From Chrysomallon squamiferum (taxonomy: Eukaryota > Animalia > Mollusca), in the NCBI GenBank assembly GCA_012295275.1, contig CM022671.1, positions 28,272,001 through 28,336,000 of the forward strand: a stretch of DNA of 64,000 nucleotides, written 5' to 3'. The translations under genes and the position numbers were made by a program. The notes under the pieces are model-generated. The model ran no database searches, was not told where the DNA came from, and was given only the letters and a program-made list of their open reading frames with translations. This document shows positions 27,925-39,564 of the stretch, piece after piece (position 1 is the first letter of the stretch; every line of letters begins with the position of its first letter).

Positions 27925-28625
27925 TACTGATATAGTACACTGTTTTGTTACTTACTTCTTTACGTCTTTACTTATATCTGTAAGTATGTTGAAGTGTAAA
28001 ATCTATGTATTTCCTCTTTTTGAAATCTTGCATCTGATTGTTAAAGCATTAATGCATCTTTAGAAAGCTCAATTATTAGTAAATTTAAGATTATTTTTTC
28101 AGCATCCTTTTTTAAATACCAAACACTTAATAATTTAAAAAAATGTTGATAATTCACTTTAGAAAATATGACTAAAAATATATAAACTAAATGTATTAAA
28201 TCGGAAATTTTTAATTTAAATGTTTTCAGGATGTTTGCAGTAACATCTCTTTCCAAATAATTTTGATGTCTAATTATTTAAAGATCGTATTAGTATGACT
28301 TTTTAAATTATTCTAAAAGAAAAATAAGAAGAAGGGGTGGGAAAGAATTATAGAGAATTTCATGCAACCCCCTTTATCAACAAGAAAATGTACACTAATC
28401 TTTTGAATGAATTACTGAGATTTAATGAAAAAGCTAAATAAGTTTTTACTCTTTATTTACTAAAACAGACTGTTAGTCATTTAAAGAGACAGTTGTATAT
28501 CCCATGGATCATTTGAGAACATCTGAATAGCTCCTTATAGTCTCATTAGATTTCACTTGTAGGATTAATCAATGACATCTCATATTTAGAATTTTCAAGT
28601 GCATCTGTTAAGGTAATATATTATA

Positions 28626-28721
28626 GGGTACAGAAAAAATGGCACCTGGAAGAAACAGTATTAGCACATAATGCCATTTCTTCTGGTGCCATTTTTTTCC
28701 AGTGCCATTATTTCCTCCACC
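28626..28721. mobile_element. Small foldback/MITE-like relic
   Basis: AGAAAAAATGGCACCTGGAAGAAA is inverted relative to TTTCTTCTGGTGCCATTTTTTTCC; TGCCATT sub-repeats are reiterated. Confidence 0.45.
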
Positions 28722-30371
28722 TATTAATACATATGGTGGTTGCTAGCAAATCTGTCAGTTAAATGAAAAGAAATTTTAGATCTGTTTATTTTATTATTAA
28801 ATGTTTTTATTACAGTAATTTCATAAATTTGTAACTTAAAGATTTGGTTTACATAAAAAAACTAAAATAATAATAATAAAAAAAATAAACTAATAAAAGT
28901 AAAATTACAAAAAAAACCCACAACCCCCAAAAAAAACTAAAATAAAAAGTATCTTCAGAAGTGTCAAAATGAGTAATATTTATAAACAATTTTGAATAAT
29001 ACATTTAAATAAATTAGTTTAATCTTTTTTAGTTTCTATGTTTAGAAAATAGGCTTTATTCTGCTTCTTTAGTAAAGCTGTGTGGTTTAGCTAAACTACC
29101 CTGACCACAGCATAAACTCATTATAAAACTGTAAAATGGTTTTCTCAGGAAAGCTGCTATTATTGAAGTGTTGGAATAAAGTATATTGATAAAGAAATTA
29201 AATATTTTGAAGGGATGCAAATGAGTCTGCCAGTTCTCCTAATCTAGACATTGACAGATGGACTGGTGCAGGCAAATTCTGATTAAAACTCTTGAACCAA
29301 TATTTGTCCTGTTCGCAAAATGCATGACAAAAAATGCAATAAACTGACAAACCATTAATCTAATGGAACAGGGTCTATTGATCAGCCGTTAGTGGTTGCG
29401 TGAAGGATGTGTAGTTGCCTTTAGGCAGATTACTTGCATGTATGTTCTAATTTTCAGCAGTTTATGAAAGTGTTAGATAATATTTATTAAAATAACCATC
29501 AGTTATTAAAGTTTTATAATACAAATACATATTTTCATGGACATGAAATTTGCATGTTTAAATATGAACTTTTAAAAGAGCTTTAAAATAATAATAATAA
29601 TAATTAAAAAAAAAAAAAAATAATAATAATAAAATAAAAAAATTAGCCTTTATGGTTGGAATTATTTGTATTACACCTCAGGATTCCTTTTATATGTAAA
29701 TGTGAAACAGCAATTTAGACTTGAAACTTCAGTATTGAAAACATTTATGTCAAAGGCCTTGGAACACCTTTATTAAAAATGTATTTTATTCATCAGCTCA
29801 CCAGCATCATTTGTAATGTCCTTTTTCTGTCAAACATCATGACAGTCATTTTACAAAAATGTGTTTCACAGCACGAAAAAATTTGATTAGCAACAGCTTA
29901 AAAAAAATAAAAAAATAAAGAAAGTAACTGACAGTAAAATCAATTGTGGAACTGTAATTATAACTTTTATATTAAATTAATTAAATTTAATTAAGATCCT
30001 TTTATTATTATTATTATTTAAGAAGATAAAAAGGCATCACAAATAGATTAATTGTGTTGTTTATCCTACCTACTATGAGCACCACCGGAACAATTTCACT
30101 TCCTGTCAGTGAACTTTGACTTCAGGCTGTATAAGCTGTTCTATAAATCTTTGTGTGTATGTCAGTGTGTCTTTCCTTAATATTTAAGAATAGACTAAAG
30201 GTTTCTTCATACAACAGCAGGAATGTCTCTTATTATTATATAATTATGCTGCAATGTTCTGCTTTATTTTCAGTTCTGGAAAGTTTTATTTTTTTAAATA
30301 TTTTTTTAAAATTAAGTTTATTTGAGTGTGAGAACTTTTGTTATCACAATAAGTATAATGGAGGGAGGAAC

Positions 30372-30403
<32 letters not shown>

Positions 30404-32571
30404 TTTTAAATGAACAGAAATTAATTAATTTTTAATATAAAAATGTAAGTGGGAAATTTGCGTTTGGTGATATTTCATGATATTCTTTATCGTATGTTGG
30501 ATGGCTAATAAAGGTGAAAGGAAGAATGGCAAAAAAACCTTGCAAAATTATTTTTGTGACATTATCTTTGAAAATAGCAGCTTAATCAAACAAGTAATAA
30601 CTACAACCATTGTATTTAATACTCATGTGATTGTAATTAAGCACACATAATCTAATCAGACAATAGACCACATTGTATATTCTCAGAATGCTTGATAATT
30701 GATTGTAGTCATCTCTTACTGTTGTCATTATAAATAAAAAAAGCAACATTTGAAATAAATGATTATTGCATTTCATTAATCTGATACTGTTTAGTAGTCT
30801 CACACACCCATACTGATGTGGCTTTAAACAAATTTATAAAGTGGCACTACTTCTTTTGTCTTATTGCAGCCAGAAGATTATTTCTTTCTTTCTTTCTTTA
30901 TTTATTTATTTATTTATTTATTTATTATTATTAAATTTTAAAAAAATGTCCATTCTTCCAGTGCATTCTTCTGTTAAAATTTCATTAAGAAGAAAGACAA
31001 AAATTATTGAAGTGGAATCTAATTGTCAAACTGCATACATTCTAATGGCTTTATTCAATTAACATTTGAGTAGAAAAATCTAATAGCCTGTCCAGTCTTG
31101 TTCTAATTATCTACCAGGCCCTTAAAACAGCTGTTCTAATTGAGCAGGCTGCTGTGTAATTAATTTGGCATTTGGGAGAGATGTTTCTTTTGAAGTTTTG
31201 GTAAGTGCAGTGATGGAAGAGATTTAATAATGTTTTTGTTTTTGATTTTGATTTTAGTTTTTCTTTGCAGATTGGGATATTTGATATTCCTGATGAAATG
31301 AAAATATTCTTTGTTATGATTAGTGTGCAACAATAATATTAAAAAACAAACTGGCTTCCTTTCATGTCAGTATTGTAAAAATGAAAAGCTTTGTGAAAAT
31401 GTGCCATAAGCTTACTGCAATTGATACTGCTGAAGCGTAAAGATCTGTTGTTTGATCAAGCTGTGTCCTCATCAGATTAGTTTCGTCACAGCACATTATC
31501 GATCTGTATTTACTCAGTATTAATGCATGTTTAAAGTTTACTAATTCTTTTTTTTTTTTATTCTGCTATATTATTATTGTTAATCCTGTCTTGACATAAC
31601 TACTTTGTTTTGTCAGTTCAGTATTTGATTATCAGAGAAAATATCACTTGTTTGTGATTAACGTCAACTTTCATTTAAATAGGAAAAGGCCAAAATTTAT
31701 GAATTCTAAAGCTTCTTATTGACAGATTTTATTTATTTATTTATTTATTTTTTTTTTAATTTATTAATATTTATTTTTATATTAAGAAAAATTTGTACTA
31801 TTTTTATAACGTGCATACAAAAATTGCTGTTACTAAAAAATTAATATTGCCACTTCAAGCTTCACCACTTAAATTTATTATATGTTCATTTAGTAACTTT
31901 AAAAATATTATGGTTCCTGCAAACAATTACAACCAGTACATACATACTTATTAAATGAAATACATGAAATTCATAATTAATAGTTTGGCCATACAGTTTC
32001 CCTAAATGTACACAAATTAAAAACAAAATATTTTTCAGTAAAACTGTCTTTTATTGATGTTTTAATATAATCAATCGATGGTGTTGAAATATCCTCAATG
32101 AAGAAAATTGCCTTACACCCCATTGTACCTCACTGTACTTGATGTGCTCAGATATAATGTTTACAATAAGAATAATCCAGTATGCACTCTTTTAGTTCTG
32201 ATGCTGCTGTAGATTATTTGTTGTTAATTATAGACAACAGGTTTATCATTTAGTTCACACATAAATATTTAATGATTTCAGGATTGAAAATATTTATTAG
32301 ACATATGTAATCTGAGGCCTTAGTTTCTTTGAAGTGATGATTTTAAATAAATAAAATGGAAATATTTCAAGAATTTAATCCTTTTTTTCTTTTATACTTT
32401 AAAAAAAAAAAATATTTTCTATTAAATGTTACTGAGACATAAAGAAATGCAAGTTCAGATTTATTAATCTGTTATGTAAATTTTTATAGTTAATTTTCTT
32501 TTATTTATTATTATTTTTTTTTTTTCAGTTTTCCAATGTTTTTAAAAGTTAATATATTTTTTTAATTTCAG

Positions 32572-32637
32572 GTCACCATCCAATCCAGATCAAAAGCTGA
32601 TTAAAAGAATCATTGCGCTTGAAGGTGATACAGTCAG
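32572..32637 (+). CDS. IMMP2L: Mitochondrial inner membrane peptidase subunit 2, internal exon (equivalent to human exon 4): SPSNPDQKLIKRIIALEGDTV(R)
   Basis: TTTCAG| acceptor and |GTAACA donor, 66 nt. Contains the S26 peptidase catalytic-Lys box IKR..ALEGD; matches recalled human [22 protein letters not shown]. Confidence 0.93.
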
Positions 32638-33106
32638 GTAACATTTAGACTGTTTCATAAAATATTAAAAAAAAATAATAGATAATAAATTCCAATAGCT
32701 AAATATCTTCTTCTTTTTTCTCTGTGATAAAAACAACATAAAAATTATTTGAGTTTAAAAAAAAAAATCAAAAATCAAAAAAAAAAATATTTTTCTTTTT
32801 TAAATTTTTGTTTTTTAATGTAACTCTGATGTAATGATCCCAATAAATCAGAGCTGAAAACATAGCTTGGTGCTGATGTTAATTGCCTTGCATTTGCAGT
32901 ACAAATTTAATAATGGTTTTTTGTTGTCGGTGAAATATATTTTTAATGTAATAGTTACTATTATTATTATTAATTTTTTTTTTTGTGGCTTGCATATTTG
33001 CACAGTCTTTTCCTGTCAACATCCTGATTTGGCAGGTATTAAATTATCATTAAATTGATTTTGGGTAAATTCATTTGATAATGTAATGTACTTTTGCATG
33101 TTGTAG

Positions 33107-33209
33107 AACAAGGTCTTATCGCCGTGCTTTGTTAAATGTACCAACAGGACATTGCTGGGTGGAAGGGGATCACCATGAGCATAGTATGGACAGCAACTAT
33201 TTTGGACCG
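33107..33209 (+). CDS. IMMP2L: IMMP2L internal exon (equivalent to human exon 5): TRSYRRALLNVPTGHCWVEGDHHEHSMDSNYFGP
   Basis: TTGTAG| acceptor and |GTTTGT donor, 103 nt, phase-compatible with the previous exon. Diagnostic IMP2 motif VP.GH.WVEGDH...S.DSN.FGP. Confidence 0.95.
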
Positions 33210-34563
33210 GTTTGTATGATGTGCAACAATTCAGTAGTTAACAGTTAATAACAATTTAAAAAAAAAAAAATGAATTCAATGCCTTTACACAAGAAACTAT
33301 TTTCAGTTGGCAGCAAGATATCCTTTATGTTGATCATGCTGTAAACAGGAAAGCACATACCATCATCTTTGACATTATTTTTGTTTATGCTTGAGGTCGG
33401 ATAATCTTTAATTTATTAGGCAACAGAACAAAAACTATTTTTGTTACATTCTGATTTTTAGATAAGCTTAGTCATCTCATCCATTTGGTACCATTAATTA
33501 GGTGGGGTTTTTTTTGGTCTTAGTCTGGCTGGATCAGTGAGTCATCAGATAATCTTACCACAATAGCATGTCATAGATTTGTATCTGAACCAACATGAAT
33601 CTATTGTTAAGAATGTTATTGGAATAAAGTGTATGAAGAGACTGATAACCATGATCATGTTTTACTGAATGGATTGTCAAGAGTTTATAAGTACCAAGAC
33701 GAACTGTTCCTTTGGTTTAACATGTTATTAAATTTGTTTTCTCAATGACAAATTCAGTTCAGCTCATCTGCTTGGGTCATTCTAGTGTAAATCAATAAAG
33801 TTTTTTTTTTCTCATGAGATTCTCAACTGTTTTGATTAAAAAAAATATATACCTGAAAAAAAAGAAGAAAAAAAAGGAACCAGTCAGGCAATAAAGCACT
33901 GAGTTCATCCCAGCACAGTGTCGTGGGAATTTTCAGTTTTAAGACAGATGACACATGCTGCAAGATAATGCTCATGTAAAACATGATCATATGATTGTTA
34001 CCATTTTCTTCTCTCATTAAAAACCGATAAGCATACTGTATGCTTGCTAAAGGTAAACAATTCCAAATATGACATCATTGACTCATCAATTTATTCTTTT
34101 TGGGGTGTCTTTTAGCCTGTTAAATGTATTTTTATCAGTAGTTTAAAAAAGAATTTTGTTCATTTGAAAAGTAAATTAAGAATGAACAGATGTATATTTA
34201 TTGAAATAAAATGCCATCAGGATATTTTGGCATTTCTTTTACAGCTATCAAGAAGTCAATAATCTGTATTGCATTAGGTTAGAATTGATTTTTAAAAATT
34301 CGAACATTTGCAGAAACTGACGTTAAAATAGTCAATAATTATTTTTGAAGAACAAAAATGTCAAGGATTAAAATGCTTTCTTTTACAAAATTTTTGTTTT
34401 GTAAAATGCATGTGTGGGTTGACTTTTTCATGTCATTCCTCTTTTTAGAAATCACAGGTTTAAGATTTAATCACAAAACAAGATTATGATTTAATCAAAT
34501 TTACATAAAGAATGTTTCACTGTTTCATGAATTTATCTGCATTCTTTAACTTCTTGTTTTCAG

Positions 34564-34704
34564 GTTGCTCTTGGAATCATCAGTGCCAAAGCCTCTTATA
34601 TAGTATGGCCTCCAAGGCGATGGCAAAAACTGGATGTTATTGAGAACTGTGATCGGTTGTATGATAGAGCTTTCCTAGACTCGATAGAAATTGACAGTTT
34701 CTAG
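34564..34704 (+). CDS. IMMP2L: IMMP2L last coding exon: VALGIISAKASYIVWPPRRWQKLDVIENCDRLYDRAFLDSIEIDSF*
   Basis: TTTCAG| acceptor, phase 0. WPP.RWQKL motif of IMP2; TAG at 34702-34704. Confidence 0.93.
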   Translation, partial: VALGIISAKASYIVWPPRRWQKLDVIENCDRLYDRAFLDSIEIDSF

Positions 34705-35667
34705 CATCTAGCTGTTGCATTACCACATGGATGATATTCCCTGAAATGTTTCAGACTTAAAGATTTAATTCTCAAGTATGAATGTGAATTTTGTCTGTTA
34801 TTTTTATATTAACTATTTGTGAGAATTCTGGCAAGAAAACTAAACCCACCTTCAAGTGAAAGAAGAATATAGTCAGGAATGTATAAATGCTGATAAAATT
34901 GACAGTTTGATAAAACATCTGAGTGATACAGTTGCTTCCATGAACATATTTGTTTTTAAGAGATATATTATTATTTTTTTTTTTTTTTCTGGTTCTTATT
35001 GCATTTTAGGCATGTCTGGTGTTAAAGAAAGTAAAAAAAATGAACAGTATCTTTAAATGGGACTCCAGAAATAAATGCGTTATCATTTAGTAATTATTAT
35101 CAGTTTTGGTGATAAATATTTTCTTCTTCTTCTGTTTCTTAATAATGAAGTTTATTCATTTATTCATTTATATCAGTCAGGAGGTTTGTAAAAATTTAAA
35201 ATATTTTAATAGAAATTTTAAAATTTTATCAAACTGGTCTTTACAAAGGAGAGTGATGTACCAGATCATTTTTGAAGAATTTTGTTATGATGGAAATCAT
35301 TGTAATTAATAAACAATCAATAATATTGTTTTGTATAATTTCTTTATTCTGAACTGTAGTAAAGATGTAACAAAAAGATTTTTATTACGAAATCAATATT
35401 GGGAAAGTCTAGTGACAGACTATAATTAACAATTTTAATACTGAATTTATTGCTCAAAACAATCCAACAGTTTTAATAATAAACACAGTAAAAAAATATA
35501 ATGGCAGTACACAATGATAATTCCAAAATGAACATAACTATATATAAACATGTACATGTACAACTTCTTTTACACTATGAAATTTCTTACTACTAAAGTC
35601 TGTCTTATTAATAATGATATGTTAGTAAAATAGTTTTTTTGTGCGAACAACATTAGTCACTCTATAC

Positions 35668-36000
35668 CAGGGATCACCAACACGGTAACTGCGGCCACCA
35701 GGTCACCCCCCCCAGGCCTGTTCCTAAAATATTTAAACAATTACTGAGACCAATAGAATTAAAGGTTGAATGTTGGTATTATCTTTATCCAACCTTGTTA
35801 AGTCATTGGTGATAATTATTGTGAGGAATCATTAACTTGATCAGTGTTTTCACATAGATGGGTATATTTAATAATAATGTATAACTAAAGATAAACTGAA
35901 CAAATTTGTTATTACAGAAGAGTTTAACAAACTGATAGCCCTTTGTTTGACTCAGTACCTGTGAAGTAGCTCTCATGTTCAAAATGGTTGGTGACCCCTG
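35668..36000. mobile_element. Non-autonomous hAT (Charlie-like) MITE, 333 bp
   Basis: TIRs CAGGGATCACCAAC and GTTGGTGACCCCTG (13/14 match). The 8-bp flanks CTCTATAC and ATCTATAA (6/8) resemble the Charlie NTCTAGAN target-site duplication. Confidence 0.82.
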
Positions 36001-36033
36001 ATCTATAAAATTACAGCATACCAACAATGATTC

Positions 36034-36064
<31 letters not shown>

Positions 36065-36584
36065 CAAACTTGCATAAGACAGGAGTCACTTTCTTTAAGT
36101 CATCTGACAGAAATGTTCATTATAATATGCATCAACAACATATGTTAATAACAAATAACAGAGACTCAAGCTTATAAGTATTTTGCTCTTTATGAAAAAA
36201 AGAAGATAAGGATAGCACTATTTTATTGTTATATCGACAATTAACTTCATTCATTCTTAATTAATTCAGCAGTTAAAAAAAACATAAAATACTATATAAC
36301 AATAATAATAATAAATGACACTTTCACTGATACAGCTTCAAGTAAATTGGTATTTATTATGATTTTGAAAAAATAATATTTAGTAATATCTACATATTTT
36401 ATACATTTATTCTAATCTGAAAAATGTTTTAATTTCTGAAATATAAATGCCAGCATTAAAATATAAATTAACCATACACCAAATCCTTAAAGTTATGAAA
36501 TATTAGTAAAATCCTGAAATAAACAAACAATGCTTTGTATACAGATCAGAAGATGATTTTATAATTTAATATCATTAGGATAAC

Positions 36585-36860
36585 AAAAAATAAGAAATCC
36601 AACAATTTGTCTATCTCTGATTAAAACCTGAACTGTGATTTTTTTTTAAATGAAAACTTGCACCAAACAATAAATAAGAAAATAACATTTTTTGTCTATC
36701 TCTAATTAAAACCTGAATTGCTTTTTTTTAAATGAAAACTTACACCTAACAATAAATAAGAAAATAACATTTTTTGTCTATCTCTAATCAAAACCTGAAC
36801 TTCTTTTTTTTAAATGAAAACTTACACCAAACAATAAATAAGAAAATAACATTTTTGTTT
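36585..36860. repeat. Tandem repeat, ~82-bp unit, ~3.3 copies, downstream of the SLC35B4 stop
   Basis: TAAGAAA anchors at 36591, 36675, 36757 and 36839; the unit contains TTTGTCTATCTCT..AAAACCTGAA..AAATGAAAACTT.CACC.AACAATAAA. Confidence 0.9.
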
Positions 36861-36997
36861 TCTAGAGCCAAAATAAGTACTCAAAACAATGTATGTATCT
36901 AAAAATATGGCTCTGACATTGTTCTGTTTCACTATTTCATTAGCAGTGGTTTTTATAAAATCAGGTGATAAAATAAATATGAAAGTTACTACTAACA

Positions 36998-37220
36998 TCA
37001 ATGTGCTTTCACTTTCCTCCGAAGGGGCACCACCTCTGTAAACAATAATGTGCCAGAGAAAACTAACAAAGCACCCATGGTATGGTACATTGTGAAAGGA
37101 TTTTGGAAATAAATAATTGAAAATATTAAACTGATGAATTTTCGAAGTGTGACAACGAGTGTGACAGTCAGTGACTGGCATTCTGTTGTTAAGATGAACA
37201 CTGAACGAATACAGATGTAT
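36998..37220 (-). CDS. SLC35B4: SLC35B4 (UDP-xylose/UDP-GlcNAc transporter) exon 10, last: YICIRSVFILTTECQSLTVTLVVTLRKFISLIFSIIYFQNPFT...RRKVKAH*
   Basis: Near-identical to recalled human YVCIRGVFILTTECASLTVTLVVTLRKFVSLIFSILYFQNPFT. Ends in a KxKxx ER-retrieval motif (KVKAH). Confidence 0.95.
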
Positions 37221-37593
37221 CTGAAACAAGGTTAAGGACAACATCAGCGATTTCAGATGTTAACCAACATTTACCGTACACATACAGAAGGCAATTCATA
37301 TTTTTTTTTTTTTTAATTAGATCTTTGTAAAGAATTTTTTCAAACTTTCTGGGTGAATTAGTAATCAAGCAAAAAAAAAAAAAAGAAAAAATAATAATAA
37401 ATATTTACATTACTGAAAAAATTTAAAGAATTGTAATAAAGAAAATATTTAAATAGTTTTAATTAAAAAAAGCTGCTGTCCTGTTAAGGAGGCAGGGGAA
37501 CCATTAAAATAACTAATAAAAGATGATACATCTTTCCTGAACATTTTTCTTAGGAAACAACTATAATTCAGCTTAAAATATTTAAAAGGATAC
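37221..37593 (-). other. SLC35B4: U12-type (minor spliceosome) GT-AG intron, SLC35B4 intron 9
   Basis: 5' splice site GTATCCTTT (plus strand AAAGGATAC, 37585-37593). Branch site TCCTTAAC (plus strand GTTAAGGA, 37231-37238) lies 10 nt before the intron end; no long pyrimidine tract. Confidence 0.92.
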
Positions 37594-37669
37594 TGTGTAA
37601 TATTATTGAAGATAAGATAAATCCACATCTTAGGCATGCTGAAGCCCAACACTGGTATTAACATGGGTT
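37594..37669 (-). CDS. SLC35B4: SLC35B4 exon 9: (E)PMLIPVLGFSMPKMWIYLIFNNIT(Q)
   Basis: 76 nt, AG/GT boundaries, phases fit neighbours; similar to human IPVIGVTLPIMWFYLLMNIITQ. Confidence 0.9.
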
Positions 37670-37860
37670 CTGAAATATAAAAATAAATTCTTAGTTTTAT
37701 TGGTTTTTAGATGTAATCAAAATCCGTTCAAAAAAAAAAAAAGCAACAAGTTAAAAAACAACAAAGATCAATAAGACATTTTTATTTATTAATTATTATT
37801 ATTATTATTTTTTTTTTTTAGAAATATTAATATGGAAAATGCACTTAGAAATATTCATAC

Positions 37861-37936
37861 CTGAATTGTGTAAAAGGATCACATGATTGTAAATATCTTT
37901 GGCAAGAAACAGAAACAGCGGAAGTGGTAAGCAGTG
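37861..37936 (-). CDS. SLC35B4: SLC35B4 exon 8: HCLPLPLFLFLAKDIYNHVILLHNS
   Basis: 76 nt, TTTCAG| acceptor and |GTATGA donor; similar to human HALPLPGFVFLASDIYDHAVLFNKS. Confidence 0.92.
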
Positions 37937-38439
37937 CTGAAAATAAATAAACAGTTGATTGGGAAGTTCAAAATCCACAGCTAATAACTTTCTTTACAAA
38001 TTTTGTTCACATGCACACAAGAAATAGTATTTTAAGATGTTGAATTCCCAAACTAAATAGGTAGAATTATGAAATATTTATAAAAATGTCTTTGTAATTT
38101 TAAGTTTACTGTTTAATATTATGCTTTCAGAAATAAAGATGTATATATGATTATTTCTCATTTCAAACATTTTCTAAATTTATTTCTAATATAACTGATA
38201 CAATTAATAACATTAAGTTTTATTTATTACAAATATAATTTTTCTTTAATAAAAATCTAGTACAACTAATTTCCAAACTGAAATATGTATTTATCATTGT
38301 TCATTAACTCCTGAAAAATACTATGCTTATATATATAAATAAATAATAATAATACAATTTTTATAATAATAATATAAAATACAATTAAAAATTAATTTAC
38401 AATTTAAAAAAAAAAAAATTCAGTATTCACTGTATTTAC

Positions 38440-38549
38440 ATTATAGAACAATGCTTCTCCTGGGTGTTTTCCATATTTACTATACGTTTGTTCCTGAAAT
38501 ATTCCCATCCATGCAGTCATCACCAGACAAAACACCAAAATAGCTAGAC
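38440..38549 (-). CDS. SLC35B4: SLC35B4 exon 7: (G)LAILVFCLVMTAWMGIFQEQTYSKYGKHPGEALFYN
   Basis: 110 nt, TTTCAG| acceptor and |GTAAAT donor; motif MGIFQE..Y...GKH..EALFYN. Confidence 0.94.
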
Positions 38550-38645
38550 CTGAAAAATCAACAGTTAATATTTTTAAGACATGACATACCATCTTCAAAC
38601 TGTTCCATATTATTAGCACTTTTTATAAGATAAAACTATTGTTTG

Positions 38646-38677
<32 letters not shown>

Positions 38678-39025
38678 ATAATAATAATAAAAATTCAATA
38701 AATAAATTAATAAAAAAAAAAAATTTAAAGGAACAATTTTTATTAATTATTATAAAATGTTGATTAAAAATAAATTTCACTTTAAAAATAAAAATGTTAT
38801 AATTTTGTTTTGGTTTTGATCATTCTTTTGAGGACTAATAATATCAAAAGTGACAAAAATTAAAATGTTTAATGACTCTTTATATAAAAACAATATTAAA
38901 TTACATTATGAGCATGGACCATAATTTTTACAATTTCAGAAAGTTATTTTTTTTATACTGATGTGCTCAAGAATTAGCTCCCCAACAAAATAATATAAAC
39001 AGAAAGAATCCACTGTTGAACTCAC

Positions 39026-39083
39026 CTATAAGCCATATAATAAAATCATACATCACATCTCCAGTATGATTTGGGTGAGATTC
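39026..39083 (-). CDS. SLC35B4: SLC35B4 exon 6: ESHPNHTGDVMYDFIIWLI(G)
   Basis: 58 nt, TTAAAG| acceptor and |GTGAGT donor. Phase 0 in and phase 1 out bridges exons 5 and 7; variable loop region. Confidence 0.8.
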
Positions 39084-39482
39084 CTTTAAATGAAAAATTT
39101 ATACAATATTAATTTTTGTGATTAATGCTAGAATTTTGAAGAGATAAAAGACAATTCAAAGATGCATTTATATGTAGAAAGATAATTATCATCAGAACTG
39201 CTGTTAAAACTTTTTATAAATATCCACATATATATATTAAATAACAAAACAGTTCTTTATCTTTTTCATATATATATATATATATAAAATGAATACAAAT
39301 TTCAAATTTACTTAATGTATGGACAATAACCTTCTGAAACCTATTATTAAAAGTTTATCTAGTTAAGAATGAACTGACACATTTTTCACTGTTAAGTTTA
39401 TTAAGACATTTTAAAATCTATTTATTATCAAGAATAGGAACAGAATTAAGGAGTGTAAGAAGATATATTATGAAATACAAAC

Positions 39483-39564
39483 CACTTGAGATGCAGATGA
39501 CAGTGTGCAAATGATGATTCCTAAAGTAATCAGTGCTACTGATGTGTATTTGGTTATTGGATAA
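39483..39564 (-). CDS. SLC35B4: SLC35B4 exon 5: YPITKYTSVALITLGIIICTLSSASQV
   Basis: 82 nt, TTTCAG| acceptor and |GTTTGT donor; similar to human YSIFKYTSIALVSVGIFICTFMSAKQV. Confidence 0.92.

Noticed and set aside
36585-36860. Periodic repeats as a CRISPR-like array
   Set aside because: Whole units repeat with no unique spacers; eukaryotic context and no cas genes.
36822-37244. 140-aa minus-strand ORF
   Set aside because: Alternative frame overlapping SLC35B4 exon 10; the homology is in the other frame.
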